Positions 52,542 to 63,791 of a stretch of 64,000 nt of DNA are shown piece after piece. Each line of letters starts with the position of its first letter. Position 1 is the stretch's first letter. A program made the position numbers and the translations under genes. This DNA is from Bugula neritina (Eukaryota > Animalia > Bryozoa): positions 25,605,504 through 25,669,503 of the forward strand of contig OZ037765.1 of assembly GCA_964035545.1 (NCBI GenBank), written 5' to 3'. The notes beneath the pieces are model-generated. The model had not been told where the DNA came from. It did not search any database and saw nothing but the letters and a program-made list of their open reading frames with translations.

Positions 52542-55500
52542 ATGAGTATGTGATATGAACATAACCAATAATAATTTATAATAACCATAAGGCTACGCCT
52601 ACTCAGCTACTTCTATAGCCTACTCAATACTCATAGTAATACTCAGCATTATACTGATACTCACTCTCAGTCTGAATTTCAATTAGTCTCACTCTCAGCC
52701 TGACTCTGAGTCTCATACTCGTAGTCAAACTCAATGTCAGTCAGTATCATAGTGATAGTCATAGTGATAGTTAGACTTATACTGAAACACAGTGATACTG
52801 ATAGTGATACTCACACTGACACTGATGGTGATAAATTATACTTATAATTATTATTCTTATACTTCTAGGTATTAAATTATTTTCATTCTGGAGAAGAGTT
52901 CCTAACATTACATTGGTTTCATCCGCTCGAATTATGATGTCAAACTCAAAGGATGCTGCAGCAGTTGAGATAAGAAGCCTTCAAGATGAGGCTATGAGTC
53001 ATAGAAGTGAAAATGAGAGTGAAACTAGCTGCTCTGTGAATCAACTTATTGATATGAAAAAAGAAGACACAACTGATCTCATTGATATGAATAAGACACC
53101 AATTAAACCAGATAATCCAGAAGCTGTCAGCACATCTAGTAGAAGGTTAAATCGAATGAGAGTAAGTTGTGAGTTTTATTTTTTGCTCACTTTCCAATTA
53201 AATAGTTTTTAATTGCAATGTAAAATTGTAGATGTAAAATATGTAAAATTATAAATTATAGATATGTATTTATAGAGAAGAGGTCGGTTACATAAACGGC
53301 AAATAGAGTCTGCAGCAGAAGGTGTTGATTTAAAAGACGGTGAAGTAAATAATTTGAAACGTCAAAAAATAGATAATGAAGAAGATAATCTGCAGCACCA
53401 TCATGCTGAAACTGATTGGTATATTGAAAATGGTATGTTATATTTAGAACATAATATCTTATAGTTATGATGTTGTTACTATTACAACTTGAGAGTACTG
53501 TGTTTTCAGCCTTATACTTATTTTTAGGCTTGCGTAAAGTGTATCCTTACCAATACACATATTTGTGTTACTGTAAAGGTCGTTGGAAAGGTAAAACCAT
53601 TTTAGACGTTCTCAACAGCGAATTTATGTCTAGCAGCTTGGAGTTTCATGTGAGTACGATATTGCCATCTTTGCTCATGTTTAGACACAGAATTTCTAGA
53701 TTTGTAATTTTCAATACAAGCTGTATTCCTGTACATGTAGCATATGAATGTAGTAACTTTTTTACATAATGTTATGTATATTATGTTTTAGACTCGCCAG
53801 ATTGAAAATGGTGGTGTTAAGGTAAACGGGAAGTCAATTAGACCAGATTATACACTGAAAGGAAAAAATGAGCTGATATCTAACCTGGTTCATAGGTACT
53901 GCTGATATTTTTTTTAATATAACTTTTCATCATTTCTCATTTGTATATCATTTATCAGTTTATGTATCATTTTTGTGTATCATCTTCCCATTATAGTTTC
54001 AAAAGTAACAGCTATTTAGCAGGTTTATATGCAATAGCAAGATCTAAATTTACTTACTCTACTAAGAATAAAGTTAAATTCATTGAAAAATGGATACTCT
54101 GGTATAGAAATGCAACTATACTTAGAACAAGTATTACTTATAATACGACAATATATTAAGTATAGATGTTTATTCTCTTACATTTTCATACGATACATAT
54201 CTTTGGTAGTTTGAGCAAGCTATTTAATGATAGAAAAACGAACTAGCTCCAGGAGACCTTTACACTGTTTCTCTGTTTACATTTTAGACATGAGTTACCC
54301 GTCACTTCACAACCAATTCAGATTGTAGCCAACACTGATGATTATCTGGCAGTGAACAAACCATCATCCGTACCTGTTCATCCTTGTGGGAGATATAGAC
54401 ACAATTCTCTTACATTTATGCTTAGTAGAGATCATGGCTTTCACAACCTACGTAGTATGTACATGTGAATGTATATTATAATCAAAAGTAAATCATCTCC
54501 TCAATAGTTCAAATCTCAAAACTAGTCCTGCATAGCTCTTTTACTATTATATGTTAGAAAAGATATACGAGTATGATCCTGGTTGATAGAAAAAACGGTA
54601 AGACTAAACAAGTATAAAATGTGAAAAATATTTCTAAGTATGTAATCAAATAGCTAAACTACAATGTTGCTATACTATCTAACTTGGCTATTGTCAATAA
54701 AGATTGATGTTTGATTCACTCCAAATTAAGGCGTTTCGCATTTCTTTTTACATTTTAAATTAAGAAATATAATTTTTGATGATTTCAAATTGGCCAATTT
54801 TAGCACTGTATAGACTAGATCGATTAACATCTGGACTGATAATATTTGGAAAAAACTCGACCTCCACCAATGTTATAATGGACCAGATAAAAAGCCGCCA
54901 GGTGTCCAAGACATATCTATGTCGAGTTGAGGGAAGCTTTCCAGAGTAAGAAATCATAAATATTTACCACATAATGCATTAAGTAGACATTATTGTCTTG
55001 TTAAATAATCTTGCAGCTTGAAACACTTTTTTATCTTTAGGGGTAAAGTTGAGTGCAAGGAGCCGTTAGATAAAGTTCATCCTAAAATTGGGACCTGGAG
55101 AGTGAGAGATGGTGGCAAACAATCTCATACTATATTTGAAAGAGTAAATTGTAACGGAACTTCTAGCGTTGTCAGGTGTAAGTCTACATATGTTGCTGGA
55201 TGAGCAATACCTTGCTCATTAGCTAATTATATAAAGTTGTTTGTTTGGACCTTCATCCTATTTGTTTCTTTAATTATGTCTTATGCAAACGCATCTTATT
55301 TTTATAGTAAATCTATACCATGCATCTATTGCTCGGTTTCTCAAATTACTGTGTCAGTAATATACATGATGGGTTAGGTCGCTTTCATACCTTATAACTC
55401 AAATACTGCTCAAAGATAACATTTCTGATTTTAAATGTCTATGATACTATGCATTTATATTATGATATATAATTATTTGTTGAATATTGTCTTCAGGTTA

Positions 55501-57120
55501 TCCACAAACTGGAAGGACACACCAGATTCGAGTTCACCTTCAATTCTTGGGACACCCTATCCTAAATGATCCACTCTATAATGATGATGTCTGGGGTCCA
55601 TCAAAGGGCAAAGGAGGGCACTATGGCAAAACGGATGAACAGGTAAGTGTTATTTAAGCAATCTTCTACATGTTGCACGATAGTCAAAGATCAAGCTGTC
55701 ATGTTGCTTTCTTGTGTACAACGTGCTCTCTAAATTTGCTGTAGACCTTGAGGTGTTTCTAATGTAAGCTGGTGCGTAGTTCGTACTATGCCTAATGTTA
55801 TGTACGAGTAATAAAGTTGTTTTATATTTTTGCAATTTCAAGTCAAAGCAGTCAATTCTATGAAGAAATAATTTCACAAATGTTATTGGTGTCATAATTA
55901 GTTTATTTCTATTACTTTTTCAGCAGATCTTTTAGCACACAACTTTTTTGCCATCTATGTTTAACAATAACCTTTAAAACTTATAAAATACTTCTTCAAA
56001 AGTCTGGGTGTCAAGTATACGCTTGAATACGGAGATGTTAATTTTTTGGCTAATCTTTTGGCAGTTTGATTTCTAAAATTATAGAACAGTCAATATTATT
56101 TAATAAATATGCTCAGTAGCCTATTAGAATTTTTTCATTGCTATTTATTTATTGACTTAACTCTTGAAACAAATTTAAAATTACTAAATTAATATATTGT
56201 TTGACTGCTAAAATCTGGTGGTCTTTCGTCCCTTTGATTTCAATGGGTTTCAGTAAATAAAATTTGATGGTTTGTGTAGGATAATGTGAATAAGCCTTCA
56301 AAGGCTAAATTAACTTTTGACTTGTTATATTTGTTTCCGTAGAAACAGCACTTGTGATTTTCAATGAGCAGCAGCTATCTAGAAGTTGGCTAATTCATAA
56401 AGAATCAGTAACGATTACTATATATCTATTGTAAGCAGTATGACGAAACAAACTAAGCTCCTGCATCCATGTGTTTTAGCTATATCATGACCTTTTGGAA
56501 CTTCACTCAACCAAAATATTTGAAGATTTGGTGCCTGACACAGGTTCAGAAAGCAGCTCTTGTGTGGCTAACCCTAAACACCATGATCTCATATTCAACT
56601 CAAAACAAGATTCTGAAACTCATTTACTACGACTCACTCCTGATCCAAACTGTGAATTTTGCCTCAAAAAATATCAGGATCCAACGCCAGATAAACTTAC
56701 CATATATTTACACGCTCTATCTTACAAGGTAATTGGTAGTAATAGCTTGCAAACTAATTAAAATCTGAGTTTGTTGAAAAAGAAATTTGTGGTGACTCAT
56801 GATGGCCAGGGTTTTAAGCTGAATATTGTACTGTTTATTACTTTGGCAACATGATTTGAGGGCTTTTGTTGTGGCTCAGAAACGATTTTGATGCTCTTCC
56901 TGATATCACTCATGTCCTGGACTTTAACCTTTAACCTGTGCCATGCTGAGTCAGCACTCTAACCACTACACTACAGCTGCTCCTTAACTTGTAAGATAAA
57001 TGCACATTTCACCTATTTTTGACATTAACTATTATACTTCATGCGTTTTTTTAGGGCGATGGTTGGGAATTCAGCACTGAAGAACCTGATTGGGCCCAAG
57101 AAAACTGGTCACTTCAATAG
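52542..57120 (+). CDS. RPUSD2: RluA-family pseudouridine synthase RPUSD2. Approximate exons 52542-52545, 52869-53161, 53276-53432, 53529-53648, 53791-53894, 54288-54454, 54803-54945, 55041-55177, 55497-55642, 56480-56728, 57055-57120; alternative start 52934
   Basis: [126 protein letters not shown]. Confidence 0.95.
52560..52866. repeat. (TNA-NNN)n tract, RPUSD2 intron 1
   Basis: Runs of 9, 9 of 10, and 8 in-register TNA triplets with heterogeneous spacers (52631-52785). Confidence 0.92.
56905..56981 (-). mobile_element. tRNA-derived SINE head (degenerate) in the last RPUSD2 intron
   Basis: Reverse complement reads GCTGTAGTGTAGTGGTTAGAGTGCTGACT (A-box/D-arm-like) ... GGTTAAAGTCC (decayed B box). 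No intact cloverleaf. Confidence 0.55.
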
Positions 57121-58385
57121 AGTAGTTTCTATATATTATATTAACTACTAGTACAGTTTTTCAGTAAATAAAATGGCAGTAGTGCAAACAATTTTGGCTG
57201 TAATAATTTTTGTTGTATATAGTTGGAGATATGCACCAAACACCTTGTATGATTTAGTTTAGACTAAGCATCTAGGCGTTCTTTTTCTGATGAATGATAG
57301 TTTTTATACTCAGCATCATTGTCAAGATAATTATGCTGCTGTTACAAAGTTTTAATTGTAAAATTCTTAATAAAACAGTATAAAACAAAACTAATTTTAA
57401 TTTTGTATTGTTCAGCTTAAATTTTTACAAAAATTAACTTTTCCTTATTGGTAGGTTTTCAGTTAATCATTTTTTAAACAAAAATATGGGGACTAGAGCG
57501 TAAATTTGGAAAATTGTTGACCGTTTTACAATAGTTTACAAAGAAAATTAATTTTTAATTAGGTATCATATTTGCATATGTATGTATATATATTATGTAT
57601 ATACGTATCAGCTCTGAGTGGTCCAACTATCTATTGATGTGTAACTAGCACCCTTTATGTAGGAAGCTTTAAGTTTAGGTGGATGCACTTTAAGTTTATG
57701 ATCCTGCACTTTAAGATGAATTTGTGAGACTTAACTTAGCAAACAAAAAATGCAGTTTATAGTTGTGTATATTATTTGATTCATACTTTCGAGAATATAT
57801 AATTTCATTTATGTTCCATGGCAGTAACCAATCATCTACTGTGTTAATGGTTAGTTTAGGGTTGTATTAGTCGAACGCAACACTAGTTTAAACTTTAAAG
57901 CATGTTGTTTTTACTCTTCAGAGTTTTTTCATAGAGGTACAATTATTATATTCTTATTCAAATAATAATTATCATAAATTATATATTGCTATTTATAAAT
58001 ATCATTGATGAGCCTGATCACAGACATGTAATAATATATTATATATAGTATATTGCAATGAAGCTGATGATTACCATTTAGAAGAGATAAATTGTTGTTG
58101 AGTTATCCTACCATGCTATGTGTAAAACAGTTGTTGTATTAATTAAGGCTTTTTTCTTCTACGAAGTTTATACCAGTTTGCCGATTAATAGAATGACTTT
58201 AACAGTTACCAAATTTGAAAATCTATCTCGAAGTGTATACGATACAAAATTATGCAAATAATTTGTTCAGTTTCAGTTTGAGTTTAAGTGTTTCAATTTG
58301 TAGAAGGACTTGATGTGAGCCAAAGAAAAAAATCTCTCAATTAATTTAGTTTGAATTTTATCTAATATTTATTGCTAACACAACA

Positions 58386-61300
58386 ATGGCTTCTAAATAT
58401 TACTATAATCATACCAAGAGTAAGACTACTAACTTTAAACGGACAATTATTGAGGCCTCCCAGTTTTACCACTATGATAACGACTACCAGTACCATGGCC
58501 ATCATAATTTTGACAATCGACGTGACAGCAATTCTTCTATTTTCACTACATGTGATAGGAAAACCAACTCCAAGCTTGACCCTAACATTCCGAGTCTTGC
58601 TGGTAGCAGTATGAGTATTACTATTACTAGTAAAACTAAACGACAACGTAGCACTGAGACTCTCACTCTGACTGGCACCCGGCGTGGCATCTGCACAAGA
58701 CCTAAACTTAAAGTTGAGGGATTTACTACTACTAGTAACTTTACTAATAGTAATAGCAAGCCTAGTACTAGTAGCCATATTGATATACCCAAGGCTAATA
58801 ATAGTAAATGTAATACATTTACGTCTAGTGCTGCAGAATGTGATTCTCATTCTACATTTGGTTCACATTCACAACATGAAGCTGCTCTTGATATAAATAT
58901 GGATGTGGTAAATATGTTATCATTATGGTTGTAGTTAGGTATTCATATTGTATTGTGATTCAGCTCAAGTATTTGTCTTATTTACTTGTATTCTAAATGT
59001 ACTTTTCAGTATTTTATTGATATTATATCAATATGTAATGAACTAAAAAATTTTATAGTAAACTCATTAAAACTGTGGTTTCTTACAGTAAACTGTCATT
59101 CATTTGGATTTCATTTCAAGTTTAAATTAATTGCACAAAATTACATTTACCTTAGTTTTTAATTGTGTAAAATGTAGGTACTAGCAGTTACAAGCGATTT
59201 CTGTTAGAGATGAGCAGCTTGTATGTAGCATTTGGTTGGTTTAAGTTGCACTTGATTTTCCCTCACTGTTGCAATCAATGCCTGTACATGAAACCAACTA
59301 CATCAAAAATCAGTTATAATTTTTTGCAAATCCATTTGAATTGTCCATGTCCAATAAACTTATTGAATCATATACATATATGTTCTCTTAGGATACAACA
59401 GAAAAGTGGGAGTATCCAAAATATAAACACAAAATTTCTAGAATTAAAGAAACCTGGAGACACACTCTAAAAAAGACGATCGGCAGGCGACGTAGTGCCA
59501 GAATAAAGTCAATGAATAATAGAAGATATACCATGTCAAATTATGCTTTTCCCCTTGGAAACAGTTTTGATTATTTCAGGCTTCTAGACTCTATGAAGGA
59601 TTTGGGTGAGGTAATACATTTTTCAATCAAATATGTATTAAATTTGTTCTCTAAATTTTCTGTTGAATTTTTTTCTTAGCCTACTGAGTTAATATGAGTA
59701 TATAATATGATGAAATCAAGTCACTTAAAATTTGACGTAAGTTACAAAATGTTTTCGTGTGTGTGTGTTTCGAACTCACAAAGCACCGGTTTTTTTAGGG
59801 GTTGTCATCTCTTTGTAAAAATTCTTTGGCTTTAAACATATTAGCCTCACTAGTTATGGCCGTATCGATCACCACTTATATGACTTTCTAGAGCTTATTC
59901 TTGACTTTTTTATTTGTGCCTTTGAAGTAATTTGATGGAATTTATAGAAATTTGCAAAATCTATAGTAATTTTCTAAATTAAACAGTTTCACACAAATTT
60001 ATTAGACAAAACCTTTTTTCAAGTATTGACCTCTAACTAGCACCAAACTTTTTTATGTGATAAGGGTCAAGCCTTAGGAAATTAATCCACCTAGACATTG
60101 GACCTCAATGTTTGCAGAAGAATTTTGAAATTTCTACTTCTAAGTAATATGCTTACATTTTATCATCACTTTTCAACTTGAGTTTACTAAATTTTTAAAA
60201 AAATGTTATAATCATTGAAACATCTGCAATCTACCAATATGGGTTTAAAGAGTTGTCTCCTCAACACAAAAGCTTTGTGTCACTTGCTGGTTTGTATATT
60301 TGGTAAGCCAACTTTTTAATTGTTTTTGCTAGATGCTGAAAATTCTTGCACCAAAAAAACTTTTAAATTTTGTTCAATGCTTGCCTCATTTTTGTGAAAT
60401 GTAAAACTTATTTAATTTTCATAAATGGGCTGGTGAAAACAGTACGATTACAGTTGTGCTTTTTATTTATCAGTTGCTAACAAGTTTACTTATTTATATG
60501 TAACCTTCAGGGGGGGGGGGGAGATTTTTGCTTTGCTTTATCATTTATTTTTAATTTACTTATTGTAATAATTTTACTACTTTTATTTCATATAAATTTA
60601 TCCAAGGTTATAAACAGATGTGGCATAAATATAAAATATCAAGCCCTGGCATTATAATTTTATTGTACTGCTGAAATAGTTTCGGAGTTATTATCCCTAT
60701 GCAAGTAATGCCCTCCTATGGGCATTGTAGTTTGTACTCTCAGACCAACTTCAAGTTGAAATTATTTCAAATGTGACGGGAAATACCTTTCATCATTATC
60801 ATCAATAGAGTTTTCTCATACAATATGGTGTAAGCGCAATATTATTATTGTGGTGGGTTCTAGAATGTCGAATGGTATACGGTAGTATACTTGCTATACG
60901 TTGAAAATCATAGTGCTTCGCGATTGGCTCGTTCCGGTCTAGTTGTAAGAATAGTAAAAGTTGACTCATATGAAGCCGCATCATCTATTGTTATTCAGAC
61001 CATTGTACACTGCTACTGCTATAATATTATTTGTAATACTGGTAGCCGTTTCATTTATTGCTCACGTGTGGTTACTATCAAGTGCGGAGAAATCTCTTAG
61101 GGCTAAGCTGGGATTATACTTCAATATTACAACGGCTATTATATCGGAGTTCAGCGAACAGACATTTCTTCAACTACTGCAGTTCTACAAGACATAAATT
61201 TACACTGTTTATCATTTTGGCAATATACATACAGTACACTCTCGGTTGGCTGCTACTGTAAGGCAATTCTGGTAAAGATAGGACTCGAGTGCTAAGTACA

Positions 61301-63526
61301 ATTCACACGGATTGAACCTTCTCCTGCTACGTGTATATCAGTATATGGCTATTAAATAGTATTTGTCTTGCAACTGGTACATAAACAGATTGCTGCCTTG
61401 CCTAGAGGTAAGAATGCCTCAAGTAAATAATAATGATCATTTGACAGCAGTTACAGTTGAGGATCCATACATATCACATATATTTCACGACATGGATATC
61501 ATGTATTACAAGCAGATAGCTGCTAACTTACAGGTAACCACTTATCATCCATTGTTGACAGACGGCACATGCACTCAAACTCTACAATGCTTGTAACTGG
61601 TGGCTTGTGAGGTGCCTTTTTTATTAGTAAATCATTGTCAGCTGGTAGAGGACTTGTTTTAGTACACTATTTATACATGCTTGCTCTAACTAATACAGAT
61701 ATTAAAGTCATACCATGGCTTGCCCTATATATACCCTTATATAATTGGGAAATCTATAAGTTGGTGCTGCCGTGTATTGATTGCCTATTAGTTTTATATT
61801 TTCTCTTATATAGAGTTCTCTTGACTGTAGTAAGCTGAGATATAGAAAATGGGTTACACAGAGCAACTTTATGGTTTTCTCTCTGAGAAATGGTATAAAA
61901 ATCGTGTTTGAAACTGAATTCCAATGTATAGGCAGTTGTCAGGTTTTAGTAAGAATACACAGGATGTAGATCTATCTGCCTTCCCTTCGTGAGAAATTGT
62001 ATGTCTTATGACTCATCTCGACTCCCCTTGCATTCCCCATTGATAGGTACTCACAATGGGCTGTCAAAGGGTTGCAATACTGCATCAAGTAGTTTGCTTC
62101 AACCTAATTCAACTGTATTATAATTTGACAGTAAATAAATGTTTATGCAAATGTTCAGGTTTCTAGTGTATAAATTGGAACAATTCACTGGCCCATTTCT
62201 CTTGCATGTATTACTCTAGTGATTGTCAACTTACTGTAGGATCATGAACTTCATAAAAAGATAGACCATGAGATGAAAATGAGAGATGGCAGCGCTAAGA
62301 TGTTGGCTGCTGCCAAACACACGACACAGCAGCTGGAAGCTGCCAAATCTCTCCACACCAGTAACTGCCGAATGTCTGCCTACATGGAGTATCTCCAGGA
62401 GAGGAGCTCTGAAGGCACTCAGATTGTGTAAGTCACAGCCAGGTGTATGTAGGACTGCAGCTACTGCTTTTATTTGTAGCCGACTTTTCCTATTCCAACC
62501 AAACTTGGCTTCAACCTGTCATGAGGAAATGGCCATGTACTGGGTCAGTGGGTTTAGCTACACTCAATTAATTTTGATTTGAAACAGGTTGAAAGTTTAT
62601 GTTGACTGATAGCTGCTGTTGGTGATGCAACATTCTCCCTTTCATCTCTACTCATAGAATGACACAGAAATGTAACAACTGCCAGCCTTCTAGTAACAGC
62701 CAATTAGCTACAAGCCGTTGCCACGTATACACTACTCAGCTGCAACTCTGCTTGGCAACTCAGAATTCTTATGACTCTAAAAATAACTGATTCTTTTTTC
62801 TTTAAATACATTTTTTATTTGCAGCTGTTAAAAATACAAATAGTGTTGTATTTGATGAGAATTTATATCGTAATACTTTTAGTATTAGTAATACTTGCAC
62901 TAATAATATTTTAGTTACACGTTAGATGATACTGTAAATATAAGGAACTGGTAGTGGGGGTTTGAACCCTGCAGCACCAGCTAGATGAGTTATTTCCTTC
63001 ATCAGAATAAAGTTGTGTATTGAACTAACAGAGAAATGTGGGTCATAGCAATAATTTGTAATAAACAGAATATCACGTGCTACATTTGCTGAAAATATAG
63101 AAATTATCTTCAATATTGTATGTTTTTATGCAGATTAGCAGAGCTCTTGCTATTGTTTATTGTTTACCCTTGGGATAAACCTCACTGCCTGTGCTAACAT
63201 TTACTACTAACCCTTACTTATACAGCTATACAGCATGAACTACACTTGGCCTGTTTGCTAACCAATTAGTAATATTGGCTTTGATTTGGATAGAGTTAGG
63301 AGCAGATGAGGGAAACAATACTCATTGTTGTGCTGCTTACAAAAGGGCTGTGAATGTCAACTTGGGAGTGATTTTGCTGTCTCCAGTTTTATATCCTGGT
63401 TCTGAAAAGTTAATTATTTTTGCAGACCTGGAGAGAACCGGCTTCCATGTTGTGCTAAAGTATCTATATCTGAGATCAGAGTTCCTCTCATGTGGAAAGA
63501 TACAGATCATTTCAAAAACAAAGGCA
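58386..63526 (+). CDS. RTKN: Rhotekin, 5' part (continues beyond window). Long isoform exons 58386-58907, 59392-59610, 62240-62427, 63426-63526
   Basis: DHELHKKIDHEMKMRDGSAKMLAAAKHTTQQLEAAKSLHTSNCRMSAYMEYLQ (HR1 Rho-binding) and PCCAKVSISEIRVPLMWKDTDHFKNKG (start of anillin-homology domain). The two upstream exons join in phase 0 but have no recognisable homology. Confidence 0.9.
60790..61262 (+). pseudogene. Possible decayed multi-pass membrane (GPCR-like) fragment in a rhotekin intron
   Basis: Frameshift-separated hydrophobic segments YGVSAILLLWW, YTATAIILFVILVAVSFIAHVWLL and RHKFTLFIILAIYIQYTLGWLLL; CpG content higher than the flanks. Confidence 0.3.
61414..61533 (+). CDS. RTKN: Alternative first coding exon of rhotekin
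   Basis: MPQVNNNDHLTAVTVEDPYISHIFHDMDIMYYKQIAANLQ ends at CAG|GTAACC in phase 0, compatible with exon 62240. Resembles the remembered vertebrate isoform start HILEDLNMLYIRQMALSLE. Confidence 0.75.
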
Positions 63527-63791
63527 GTAAGTGAAATAGTTCCAAGACACTTTAGGGAAGATGGATATCGTGATGGGGCCATTGTGCTAACGTAGACTGA
63601 AGTGTATTTAGAGTCCAGGCTTTCTGCAATAATTTGTTTCGGTTGTATTTTGCCTGATTTTACTGCAGATAACTACAGCAGTGTTTTTAGGATGAGAGTT
63701 TTAATTTATGATATTATTAAAACAAACAGTGAGAATTAGTGAATGGAAGTATCATATGCTTCCTGTGAATTTCCTAGTATTGGAATATTTG

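Noticed and set aside
56905-56981. Functional tRNA gene
   Set aside because: B box is degenerate and there is no acceptor stem; better explained as a SINE head.
62286-63595. ORFs 62286-62582, 63275-63595 and 63337-63582 as separate genes
   Set aside because: They overlap true rhotekin exons in other frames or on the other strand.
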